A stretch of DNA of 64,000 nt from Dimorphilus gyrociliatus (Eukaryota > Animalia > Annelida): the NCBI GenBank assembly GCA_904063045.1, contig CAJFCJ010000010.1:124001-188000 (forward strand), written 5' to 3'. Positions within the stretch are counted from its first letter, which is position 1; each line of letters opens with the position of its first letter. Positions 13,062 to 25,200 of this stretch are shown here, one piece after another. Position numbers and translations under genes: made by a program. Below the pieces are notes generated by a model. That model worked only from the letters and a program-made list of their open reading frames with translations, was not told the DNA's origin and searched no databases.

Positions 13062-15371
13062 TTATACTCCACCCCCACTACGGTTGACTGGAATTGGTTT
13101 TTTCTCTGCGGCAATTTCTGCTACTTTTGCGAAACGGCTTTGCGATACTGCTCCAGTTCTTAGAGCGCTCATTAACTGTTTTTAAAGAACAATTAAAAAT
13201 TATTTAGTTTCATATTGATAAAAGAGAATATTTCATTTACCTGTAAGAATTCTGAAAGATCAATTTGAGCGTTGTTGGAGCAATCAACCTCTTCTAATAT
13301 TTCGTGCAATTGTTCTTCACTAATTTTCTCTCCTCTTTTATGAAAGTGCCTTCGAAGATCATTTACTGTAATAAAACCCTGAAAAAAAACCAATTATTAA
13401 CAGACACTTTATATAGGGTATATAAACATCTTTACTTTGTTGCTTGTGTCAATAGATTTGAATCTCTTTTGCATTTCTCTAATTTCTTCATATGATAAAT
13501 TGATTGGGATATTCCTTAAAGATCTGAAAAATATTATGATGTATGTAGAAGAGACTATGATCTGTAAATGATATTGAAGAAACTATAAACCTTTCTTTCA
13601 TTCCCAAACCCATTTGGAGTTTCAAAAATTTCAAAGCATTTTCATGTTCAATTTTTATTCTTTGTTTACTCCAACCGAGTTCTTCGGCCATTATTGCACA
13701 GATTTTTGGTAAAGCTTCCCGTGCCGCCTGAACATTTATGAAAGCCAAGCGAGATCGTCTCGAAATATAATCAACTACACTTAAGGCGTACTCTCTACGA
13801 CACGCATATCTGACTTCCGCTTCAATGTATGGATATTGGGTATGCAATCTAAGCCCCACAACTGGCCATTTGGCTCCTGTTAAACTTGCCATTCTAGCTA
13901 CCTTGTACGCCTTGTCACCATACAGATGAGACAAGTGAACGGCAACCTCGTGATCAAGACCAAAATCTTGAATTAAGCGAATAAAATAGGTTGGTGTCCA
14001 GTGATCAGCGCCGTCAAGCATCAGACCTCTAGTCTGACAACTGCTAGCAGAGGAGAAGTTGTGAACTTCAACCAGTCTATCAACGGTCTCCTCGGCCATA
14101 TGCCTATAAGTTGTCCACTTACCGCCTGCAATCGTTATCAGACCGCTTTCGGAAACTTCAATAATATGATTTCTGGCTATGCTCTGAGTACTTGATGCAT
14201 TAGGATCAAGAACTAAGGGTCTAATACCCGCCCAAGCTGCCTGAACATCTCCTCTTCTGACATTGATATCATCTGAAAGGTATTCTTTGATTTCACGTAG
14301 AATAAATTCAATGTCAGCTTCTGTAGGAGCAGGTTCGCTAGTGAGGTTGCAAGGTGCATCTGTGGTACCGGCAAGAGTTGTACCATGCCATGGAAGAAAG
14401 AAAATAACACGTCCGTCAGATGTTGCCGGATCAAGAAGACCCATTTTTGCAGGAGAATAGTAATCTGGTAATACAACGTGCACTCCTAGCGATGGCTGAC
14501 AAATTTCTCTAATGTTTTCATTGTCCAGTTTCCTAATGGAATCCGTAAATGGCCCTGCGGCATTAACGAAAGATTTCGCTTTTACAACAAATTCTTCTCC
14601 TGTCTCTTCATCGCGTATTTTTGCCCCATTAAGCTTGCCATTTTCGCCTTTATAAAGATTAATAACAGATGCATGATTTAGGATGGTTGCTCCATACTTC
14701 ATTGCCGTGAGAACAATTTGCAGATTCATTCTGGCGTCATCGTGCTGACCATCGTAGTATACCAAAGCTCCAACAAGTTTGTCAGATTTCAACATAGGAA
14801 AGTTTTCAATTGCTTGATTTTTCCACATAAAATACGAATTTTTTAACCTTTGAGAACCTGCTACAAGATCGTACATCTTCAGGCCTGCCCAAAAGTATGG
14901 TAGTTGCCACCATTGGTATACTGGTAACATAATAGGAAGTGGTTGTGCCAAATGAGGAGCTATTTTAATAAGATTAGCTCTTTCTGCTAAGGCTTCTTTT
15001 ACCATACGATATTGTTCATAATCCAAATTAAAAACTGCCTTTTGTAAATACCTTACTCCGCCGTGTAGCAACTTTGTTGATCTGCTACTAGTTCCACATG
15101 AAAAATCGTCTTTTTCTAAAATAGCAGTCTTCAGTCCACGAGTTTGAGCATCTAATGCAACACCAGCTCCCGTTACTCCACCACCAACAACAATAACATC
15201 ATATTCTCCTGTCTTTAGATCATGAATATGATCCTTTCGACTCTTAAATACCTGATGTTGATGATGATATGGAGTTTCGGCTGCACTGGCTACATTTTCA
15301 CGTTTTTTTATATATATAAGCCCACCTCCAGTAGCTATTAGAGCGCTTCCAGTTGCTAATTTCCTTAACAT
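13062..15371 (-). CDS. GPD2: Mitochondrial FAD-dependent glycerol-3-phosphate dehydrogenase with C-terminal EF-hands
   Basis: DVIVVGGGVTGAGVALDAQTRGL, GTSSRSTKLLHGGVRYL, GLITIAGGKWTTYRHMAEE. Three short 3' exons encode the EF-hand region and the terminal PIPVNRSGGGV*. Confidence 0.96.
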
Positions 15372-16181
15372 AGTCTTGATTCTGTTGTAGAGAAGGAGAA
15401 TTCAAAGGAAAAAATATTATTTTTGCTAATCTATTGTTTTATAAGATCTTAACTCGATAAAATTTGATATCTAATATTTTTTTATAATTTAATATGACTT
15501 AAATATAGAAAAAATCTTTCGAACTTGAATGGAATTTTTCAATTTTTCATCTCCAAAATAACCTTTTTCCCCTGGAATATTTTGTCTTTACGAACATATA
15601 ATTAATATTTAATAATTTTTATAAATACAAATTTTGATTATTCGTGATTCTGCTGATGGTTTACTAATATATACGAAAATACGCATAATACTACCAGTTT
15701 TTATACTCCGGTTTTTTTCTCCACTTGAATTATTGTTCTATATTTACGTCGCATAAAATAACCTGCAACAAGTTTGTTCTCATTTCTGGACTAACATCAG
15801 AATAGACTCTTTGTGAACGTTCTAATCTCTCTGTAGAAAGACGTTCTCTCTTATATAGTTTTTGTATGTGAACAACAATAAAGTAAACATATTGCGCAAT
15901 TTTATAATTCCTTATATTTCTTTTTTATATTTTACTCTCTTGAACTTTAATCTTTTCCCCATGTAATTCAAACAATTAACAGTTAAAAGATCTAGAACTT
16001 CATTTGAGAAGCTAACTTATCTGCGATAAGAGTTTATTAATTAGTTTATTTATTACGCAAGTGTTTCTACTTTCATAGTTGATTAGTGTATAATATAAAA
16101 TAAGAAGAAAACAACATCGTGATATAGAGATTAAAGATATATCTAAACTAAGTACTCAATCGAATGGTTGATGAGTCAAGC

Positions 16182-17972
16182 TCATAATATTCCATTCTTC
16201 ATTGAACTTTCTAGTAAACTAAAAAAAAAGAAATAATATAATCTTTTTATTTAAACCATAATCTCTAAATAAGCAAACCTGTTTTGTCACGATTTCTTGG
16301 AAACGATGATCTTGTAGGCTTATCTAAATATGAAATTTTGGAAATAAAACAAACGCAAAATAAAAATGAAAAATACAAACTTCTTGTTGATCTACTAGTA
16401 GTTATACTAGCATCCGAGTCGTTATCAACCACTCTCCAGCCTCTTTGATTTTCCTCTTCATCAGAATCAGTGTTTTGAACACCTGGCGCCCATGTTTGCC
16501 TCATTTTGCTTTTAGTAGATCTTTCCGATTTTCTAGGTGTACTTCTAGCACTAGCAATTTCTTCATTAAAATACATGGGTTTACCCTTATGAGGAATGGT
16601 AGTTCTTAGCATAGTTTTACTTCTTCTAGCACTTTTATCTTCATCATCCGTCCAGACAGGTTTTCTCTTCAAATAGATAGAGTATTTAGTATTTTATTTT
16701 GTTACAAAATGATCAACATACGGGTCCAGTTACTTGAGAGACACTCTCAAATTCTTCTTCCTCTTCTTCCTCTTCTTCTTGTTCAAAGTCAGTTGTAAAT
16801 TTTGCGGGTGTATCTACCCGACTATCTAGGTCGGTATCAGAAGTGTATCTCTCGAAACCTCCTTTACAGACATCTTCACTTGGTTCACCGGTCATGACTC
16901 TGCAAATTTAAATTATTATTCTAGAGCATAATAGTGTTCATGATTAGATATTGTCAGTTTACCTAGCGCATCTTGCGCAAACGCTAACTCGAACTTGACT
17001 TTCGTTTCTCGGTATAGAAGTTGGAGCGATTTTTACTCCACGACTTCCTTTTACTTTTATACCTTCCGAGCGGAGATCATCAGCATTTTCTGAAAGAAGA
17101 ATATGATTCCGTCATAATCATGAGATAAAACATTTGGAAAATTTTAATTACCATATAACTCCAAGGCGTCGTCATTAATTGTTAAATCTTTATTGTCTTC
17201 GTATCCAGAATCTTTCTCGTCTTTTTTTCTTAAGCTTTCGATCTTTCTCCTTCTCTTTTCTTGCAAAGCAAGCCGACCCTTAGCTGTTGTTGGAGCGTAG
17301 GATACTACAGGTTGCTTCTGTGCAGTTGTCTTCTCCTTAGTTTTTCTATATTTAAGTATGTTCAGTTCAGCCTCTAGAGAATCTTCATCATCCTTTACAA
17401 CTGGACCAGCATAGCCTCTGCTTATGTAAAGATCCTCATCCGGTGTAAAACCATTTTCTTTTCTTTCATCAGGACTGCCCCATAAATCATCCAAAGATTT
17501 TACTTTCGTTGAATTGTCCCAATCTGGCTTTTGTTGCCTAGTCGTAGGACTTTTAGGTTTAGGATGAAAGTTTGTACTTTTCGATAAAGTCAAAGATTTT
17601 CCAACCTTCGAGGCAGTTGTTTCTCTTTTAATATGATGCAAATCGCTTGTACTCTTTCTCAGCATTGCCGCTGTACTAGACCTATCTTGTCTTTTCTGTA
17701 TAAGCCTTATTAAGTAAGGAAGGGGCTCCTCAGGCTTGTCATTCACAATCCTACCCATTAATTCCTATTGAACAATAATAATCATATATATTTATATAAT
17801 AATAGCAGAATTTTTCTGTTAAATTCTTCAAATATGCCATTGTTATCAAGAGAATTTTTATAATGGCAGAATATAGCCTTCTTATATAACCTACACAAAT
17901 TTTGAATACCTCGAATAATGGCCCGATTCGATGTCTTTCTAAATATCTTTGAACCAATTTTGATTTATCCAT
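16182..17972 (-). CDS. C8orf34: C8orf34 (VEST-1)-like protein with an N-terminal RIIa/DPY30-like docking segment
   Basis: N-terminus VQRYLERHRIGPLFE..LMGRIVNDKPEEPLPYLI and internal DDALELYENADDLRSEG...VRVSVCARCAR resemble recalled human C8orf34 segments (AYLEKNKIGPLFEELM; DDAMELLEDLNDLRMEG; VTLNICSRCAR). The last exons were inferred by phase. Confidence 0.72.
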
Positions 17973-18387
17973 GCTTACAGATGCTAAAACTCTATCGATT
18001 TGGTAAAGGTGAATTATTAGCAGACGCCGCTACCTGGTTGCTAATGGAGATAGGAAAGCATAAACTCGCTAGTTTCTTTTCTAAGCAGTTAGCGCCATCT
18101 TCATGAGTGTAATTTTAGAAGAATAAAGTTATCAATATAAACAACTCTGTATTCTTTGTTCGAACAAAAAAAAACAGTAAAAACCTGACAATGCCATCAA
18201 AAAAAAACCATATTTTTTATTAATTTCTGTACACGAATAAAGAATAAATATTAAAAAAGATACAAGATTTTTCTCTTAACAGTCGTATATTAAATAATAC
18301 GTTTTCCTTTATTAAGTTTCTCAAAGTGTTATCCTTTTTACTTCACTGAAGTCATTAATATAATTTGATTATTTTGACGTTTTTTTT

Positions 18388-19245
18388 TCATAGAGAAGAT
18401 ACTATTGCTTCTAAACGATCAGCTGGGCTGGCTTCAGGTAAAATTTCCTCCTAAACACAACATGAAATGGAAGAAACAAAAAGTTAAGTGTAAACCAAGT
18501 AAACAGCACCGAGTAAAGTTGTTTAAACATTTGAATACAAACCCATATTGGCCTTGAAGAAAAATTTACATCAGTATTCTTTATAATAATATCCTGTGTA
18601 GAAATACGTTTACGATATCTGGCAGATTGATCGGTTGAATCTTCAAGGCTCATCCTATCGTACATCTCGTGCATCATTGTATACTGCTCCATAGCACTCT
18701 TTCGATTGAAAGTGATCGATTTACAGACCTAATAATTAAAAATTACAAATGCAACATCTATTTGCATACACTATTCAGATACTTGATCAAACGAATGCGA
18801 TAAAAGCTGTTGACGTTTTTCAAAAATAACTATCGCTAATGAGAATCATGAAGAGAAATGTATTACACCCATTTGTTTTTATTTTGTAGCGAAATGAAGA
18901 TTATATAATTAATATTTTAATATAATTTATATTTAAATAATCAACAATATTAAAGTTTTTTATGCCCAAATTTTGGTAAATTTTGTTTTTTTTTGTTATA
19001 ATGAAAAAGTGCAGGCTGTTAAACAACAGAATGTGGTTAAATAATACCTTCATTATTGTATTGCTACAGATGTTCGTTTTACCTTGATTAATATTTTGTG
19101 GTAACATATGTAATTTTTCAAGAAAATACCTAAACCTTAAACTTTCAAATGCGACTGTTATATGAAATCTTAAAACAACGTGATTGACTTACCTTATTGC
19201 TTGATTCTGGCGAATTAAGAGCAGTTTATCCGTTCTTATTAACAT
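18388..19245 (-). CDS. Uncharacterised 5-exon gene of about 124 aa
   Basis: Five exons join through four GT-AG introns with consistent phases (2,1,0,0) into an open frame from MLIRTDKLLLIRQ... to ...EEILPEASPADRLEAIVSSL*. No family recognised. Confidence 0.55.
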
Positions 19246-19403
19246 GAAATACTATAGATCTTCTTAAGTTTAGAAAATGAAACTTTTTTTATAGAATAGA
19301 GGAATTTCTGTTAAGGAGAAACTTTTTTGGCGGTCTAAGAGGGAATTTTTTGGTCACGTGATCTTATTTTTTAATAAGCCGAACCCTATAATATCGCTCA
19401 GAA

Positions 19404-20609
19404 ATGGCAACATGTGCTGGAAAAAAAACGAAGGTTTCGAGAAACCCTTACGAAAAAGTTATTCTTTTGATTAAAGATAAAATTAAAGAGGAATATTTAA
19501 ATAATTTGTTAGTAGAAATTCCTAAAAAATATGAGAAAATTGGAAATTTGACTCTTTTCCCCGAAACTTCGTTTTCTTCTGAAATTTGGAAGGGTACGTT
19601 AATTTTCCAAAAAAACATCAAAAAAAGTGGCACATTTTTTATATATATTAGAAAATCCAATTGTTTTTACAGAATATATGGAAGAAATATGTCACATATA
19701 TAAATCTGAGAGAATAGCTGTAAAGTCTACTATAAACGATGATAATTTTCGAACACCAAAAGTCCAGTTTCTATTTCCATTCGACTGTAAAGACCCGTGG
19801 GTTATGCAAAAAGAATTAGGACTTACGTAAATAATCACATTGTAAAAAATGAATCAATTTAGAACGATACTTTTCTTTACATTTCTAGCATTCACTACAA
19901 CATTGAAAGGAGTATGTTTTGTAAAGGAAATATAACGGAAAAAGAACGTCTTGCTAAACTGGACTGTTCTAATGAAATCATTGTTGACCTATTTGCTGGT
20001 ATAGGCTATTTTTCTCTTGTTTATCTTGTTCATTCTAAGGCGAAGTTTGTTCATGCATGTGAATGGAATCCTGCTGCTATTGAAGCATTACAGAGAAATC
20101 TACAAGCAAATAAGGTTCAAGACAGATGTAAAATCTATGTTGGGGATAATAGAATGGTAATTATAAATCTAATTAATAATGTAAGATTACCTATTTTTTT
20201 TATTTATAGGAAAGTCCAAAAAATGTGGGTGATCGAATCAATTTAGGTATTCTGCCCTCATCCGAACCATTTCTCCAAACTGCATGCGAATGTTTGAACT
20301 TGGAAACTGGTGGAATTATGCATGTTCATGAAAATATAAATTTATTTGATGACTCTAATGCAACCGAAAAGTATGCAAATAAGTTGAAGTACAAAATTGG
20401 TGACATTCTGGCTAAGCTAACTGATAAGAATTGGCATATAACCGTACAATTCATACATAAAGTTAAATCCTATGGTCCGAGAATCGATCATGTTGTAATC
20501 GATATTGAAAGTAGACCTCAGCAGGTTTGTATTTGGCACAGTTTAATAAATAACCCAAAAAAACAAGCTCATTACAAAACATATTTTTCTATCACAGGAG
20601 AATAAATAG
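19404..20609 (+). CDS. TRMT12: tRNA wybutosine-synthesizing protein 2 (Met-10+-like SAM-dependent transferase)
   Basis: SMFCKGNITEKERLA, VDLFAGIGYFSL, HACEWNPAAIEALQRNLQANKV, DRINLGILPSS, GGIMHVHEN, KVKSYGPRIDHVVID. The stop is at 20607-20609 if the last short intron is spliced. Confidence 0.9.
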
Positions 20610-20639
20610 TTAGTGTAAGTTAGAAAGAACAAGCAAGCT

Positions 20640-22133
20640 TCAAACAGGAGCAAATCTATTCTTTAATCCTTCTTCATCTTCCTCGGCAATAACGTCAACT
20701 TGATCTAGAGGCACATTCAAGGCAAAAACAGCATTTTTCATAATGTTACTGACAGATATTGACTGATCATTAGATGGCGCCGGCAAATCCTTTTTTGAAG
20801 GGGTTTTCGGCGTCTGTAATCTTGATATGTCGTCTAAGTCAGTTGGTGGGCGAGCACTAATCGTAAAATGCTCAGAATCGGAATCAAAAATATAGGCTGC
20901 GTTATTATTGGCTGTCGAAGGTGCACTTGTTTGAAGTGCATTGGGAGACGGAGGGGGCGGAACTGGTGATGGATCTTCGTCGGCAACTTTAGCCGTCTCT
21001 CCAGCCCATTGTATCTTTTCCATTAACTCTTCTCGTGCCGTTAATTCTACCTCTTCTGTGGATTCAGCCTCAATAGTCTCTGGAGTGAAAACATGCAAGG
21101 AACTTTCTGTATTCGTATCTAGATCTGGTGTCTTTTTTAATAGGACTATATGTCGTTCTGGGACTTCATCTTTTTCAGTTTTGGGAGCGAGTTCCAATAC
21201 ATTAGAATCTAAAACAATACGTCCAACGTCTTTTTGTTTATGTAACATCTTCGCTACATCAGCTACTGGAATTGTTGTTCTATCTGGATCAGATGATCCA
21301 GCACTGTCACTTCTATGTAATTTAACAGTTGGTTTTGTCTGTGAGCGGGAGAAAGTTTCAGAAAGAGAGGTTTGTAGTTCAGCAATTCTCATCTTGTGTT
21401 GGGTTAAAACTCTACTAGCTGCCAAAGCAACTGCTGAACTGTGTCGTTCTAGTTGGGGAACCAGAGTCAATAACTTTGATGTAAGACGTTTTCTATCTCT
21501 TAAATCATTAGGAGATAGACTACCAACGACTTGGTGCAAAATATCTCTGGGCAAATCCAGTAGATCATCTAAACCTCTATACCCAGCTGAGGGAGACTTT
21601 CTAAATCTTGTTACTCTAGTTGGCTGACGAGAACTAGCAGCAGTATGTGGAGGAGGAGCCGGTGGAAGAACATCTAACGGATTTTGTATTATTTTACGAG
21701 TTTTCGGCTTTTTAGGTTTTTCCTTAGAAGGGTGCCAGACTAAATAAGAAGTTGGCATAAATGTTTCGCCTACACTACTCCGCAGATCAGATAATTCAAA
21801 AACTTCATGGACAATAATTTGATTGGCACGTTTTGTTTCAAGGCTTGTCAATGTGATGTCATCTCCGACGGCTGGCGTAGCCTGAGGGGCTGGAATTCGA
21901 CTGCCTGTCGTTCTTGTAGGCAGACGTTCCGTTGGCTCATAAAATATACGCCTTTCACTAGGTGGAAGAACATTCTCAAATAAATTCACTACGGACTGAG
22001 TTGGAAGAGGCTCGTAACTGGAATCAGCAGATTCTCTTGTATTTTCTGCTGTCTTTGGAGGTTTAGAAGACCTTTGGACCTTCCAACAGGAGGGATGAGG
22101 GCATAACGGCCCGCAAACATTGCCGTTCGACAT
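20640..22133 (-). CDS. Intronless 497-aa largely disordered protein, C9orf43-like
   Basis: Long intact ORF. N-terminal CGPLCPHPSCW, LPTQSVVNLFE and YLVWHP resemble recalled C9orf43 motifs (CQHPQCW, LPVLTVVDILD, VVLWIP). The rest is low complexity. Confidence 0.65.
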   Translation of the reverse strand: MSNGNVCGPLCPHPSCWKVQRSSKPPKTAENTRESADSSYEPLPTQSVVNLFENVLPPSERRIFYEPTERLPTRTTGSRIPAPQATPAVGDDITLTSLETKRANQIIVHEVFELSDLRSSVGETFMPTSYLVWHPSKEKPKKPKTRKIIQNPLDVLPPAPPPHTAASSRQPTRVTRFRKSPSAGYRGLDDLLDLPRDILHQVVGSLSPNDLRDRKRLTSKLLTLVPQLERHSSAVALAASRVLTQHKMRIAELQTSLSETFSRSQTKPTVKLHRSDSAGSSDPDRTTIPVADVAKMLHKQKDVGRIVLDSNVLELAPKTEKDEVPERHIVLLKKTPDLDTNTESSLHVFTPETIEAESTEEVELTAREELMEKIQWAGETAKVADEDPSPVPPPPSPNALQTSAPSTANNNAAYIFDSDSEHFTISARPPTDLDDISRLQTPKTPSKKDLPAPSNDQSISVSNIMKNAVFALNVPLDQVDVIAEEDEEGLKNRFAPV

Positions 22134-22289
22134 CTCAGCCCGCCATAATAGTTGTCCTTAACAACTGAAAACTGAACTGGGACCTCTTTACCTGTTCAAT
22201 TGGGAAACATAGCGCCATCTATCTACATATAAAGATAAAGGTGTGCTTTATTTCGTCCGTTAGAGTCTTGGTCCCCGTTAATTAACAGG

Positions 22290-25200
22290 ATGATTAATGA
22301 CGAAGAAAAAGACCTATTAGGTGGAACCAAGTTAGAGGCAGGAGATATTGGAGTAATAGTTGCATATTTCGTTATAGTTTTAGGATTTGGTTTGTGGGTA
22401 AGCGATTTGAAACTTGACTAACTCAACTTAATTTTGTTATCTAGTCATATAAAAATTTCATCTACTGATATGTTGGAAAGACTATCTGATTTTCTCAACA
22501 AGTATAGCATATTGTAGCATGTGCAATATGCAAAGCGAACCTAACTATGTTTACATACTTTATTTAAAGTTTGCTTTATTCTTCACTTTGGAAATTTTAA
22601 TGCATTCATTAAATAATTTCCTCATTGCGTAAATCATTTTTATTAGAATGTCTTCTATATTCTTTAAATAAAGACGACATTTTGCACACTATTACTATTA
22701 GATATTTTTCGGAACAAGCTCTAAAATAAAGCAATATTTCAACTAGTATTAACATGTTATACTTATCTTTATAGGATATATCTGCATCAACAAAATAAAG
22801 TCATTCTGAATTTTTTTTAGCGCAAAAAATTAATTCGTTAAACTGTCTAAGGTTTTGAATAAAGACTTTAATTTATTCACAAAAACCTACAGATTAAATT
22901 TAAACAGAATGCATACGTTCTATCGTTGATTCTAATTAATATGTAATATCGCTATAATAAATAATTTTTCCAAGTTTATAGGGAAACTCTCATATTCTTT
23001 CAACTCAGCATTACTTTTATAATATCATATAAATTCGTTTTTAATAGTCATCGTTAAGAAATAGAGGTAGTGTTGGAGGATATTTCCTGGCTGGCAGATC
23101 TATGCACTGGATACCTGTAGGGGCTTCTCTCTTCGCTAGTAATATCGGAAGCGGACATTTTATTGGATTAGCAGGATCCGGAGCGTCTAGTGGAATAGGA
23201 ATTTCGGTTTTTGAGTTAAGTGTACGTTGAAGGCGAATTTTCAATTTATTACTTGAATAATAATATTAATTTTCAAAACAACATTTAGGCCATATTTATA
23301 TTAATGCTATTAGGCTGGGTTTTTGTTCCAGTATATATGGCTGCAGGTGTAAGTTCGATTCTGTTCCATCTTTTGATATTGTTTAAACTTTTTATGAGAT
23401 AGGTTTTTACAATGCCCGAATACTTACGGAAACGTTTCGGAGGCCAAAGAATTCGAGTCTATTTGGCTATTATGGCTTTAATTTTATCCATTTTCACAAA
23501 AGTTGCAGTAGGTATTCTAATGGATATAAGATTAATATATATATATATACTGTATATGTTTACTTACAAAGTTAAAAATCTTTATGTAGGCTGACTTATA
23601 CGCCGGAGCTATATTCATTGAACAATCACTTGGTTGGAATTTATATTTTGCAGTAACCCTTTTGTTGGGTATTGCTGCCTTATTTACTATATCCGGCGGT
23701 TTAACTGCAGTAATATGGACTGATTTTATTCAAACAATCATTATGCTTATCGGAGCAGCCGCATTGATGATAATAAGTAAGTGGTGTCTATCAACTTTTT
23801 TAAACAAAACTCTGATTATCATATGATCGTAAAAAAATTATAAAAATAATTCAGGCATGGCCAAGGTTGGTAATTTTTCAACGATTTCACAACGCTTTAT
23901 GGAAAGCCTTCCTAATTCAACAATTTTTAATTTGTATCATCCGGATGGGAATCGTTCAAATCCTTATATAAATTGTGGATTTCCTCCCGAAAATTCTCTC
24001 CATCTTTTCAGAGCAGCCAATGATTCTCAATTGCCTTGGCCTGGGGTGTTTATCGGTTTAACAATATCTTCAATTTGGTATTGGTGTTCCGATCAGGTTG
24101 AGATAACCTACATATTGTTAATTAATTTTAATTTCTTTTTGTTGAACACTCTATTTATCATCTTTCTATCTCTCTTTACGTTTTTAGATTTCTATTCTGG
24201 TTACACCTGATTTACTGACATAAAAAAAGCTTCTTAGAATAGTAATAATATCTTCATAGTAGTCGCATTTTCTTTATCGTACATTTGATTGAGTGATAAA
24301 TTTGTTAGAAGATTATATTTAGCTCAATAACAACTTTTATAACTCTTCTTTCGCAATAAAGGTATAACAGAAGTTGGCGGTTGGGAAAATATTAAATATA
24401 GATTTTTTAATGCCATATCAAATAATACTTGGCATAAGTTTTTGAGAAATAACCTAACAAAGCCTGATTGTGGACTTCCTCCATCGAATTCTTTGCACTT
24501 ATTTCGTAGTCATAAAGATGGAAACTATCCTTGGCCAGGCGTCGTTTTCGGTGCAACCGTTTCAGGTGTCTGGTATTGGTGTTCCGATCAGGTTTAAATT
24601 TAACTCAATTTTCATAAAATTTCCTCACTAATGCACCTTTCTTTCTTAACAATTTCATTTTATTTTAAATTCGTCTTAACACTGCCTTTAAAGTATTTTA
24701 ATTTAAAACAATATCAACAGGTTATCGTTCAAAGGGCTTTGGCATCCAAAAATCTAACACATGCTAAAGCTGGGACGATTCTGGCTGGCTACATAAAGTT
24801 GTTGCCCATGTGGCTATTAGTTGTTCCTGGAATGGTTGCTAGAATTTTGTTTCCGAATACTGTTGGATGTGCTGATCCAGTTACATGTGAAGAGGCTTGT
24901 GGACAAAAACAAGGATGTACAAATATCGCTTATCCTCTTTTAGTTCTAAAGGTTAAGAAATTTTTAATAGAGAATAATTTACTTAAAAGATGTTTCTACC
25001 TTACCTTTTTCTTAATGGCTACAGTTAATGCCCGTTGGTGCTAGAGGTATGATGTTGGCCGTTATGATGGCGGCTCTTATGTCTAGTTTAACATCAATAT
25101 TTAATTCTTCTTCTACACTCTTTACGCTGGATATTTGGAGAAAATTTCGCAAAAATGCCACTGATACAGAATTGATGATTGTTGGCAGAGTTTTTGTTTT

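Noticed and set aside
20941-21627. 228-aa plus-strand ORF
   Set aside because: Antisense shadow of the 497-aa minus-strand CDS. It has a GTG/TTG-type start, Ser-rich composition and no domain.
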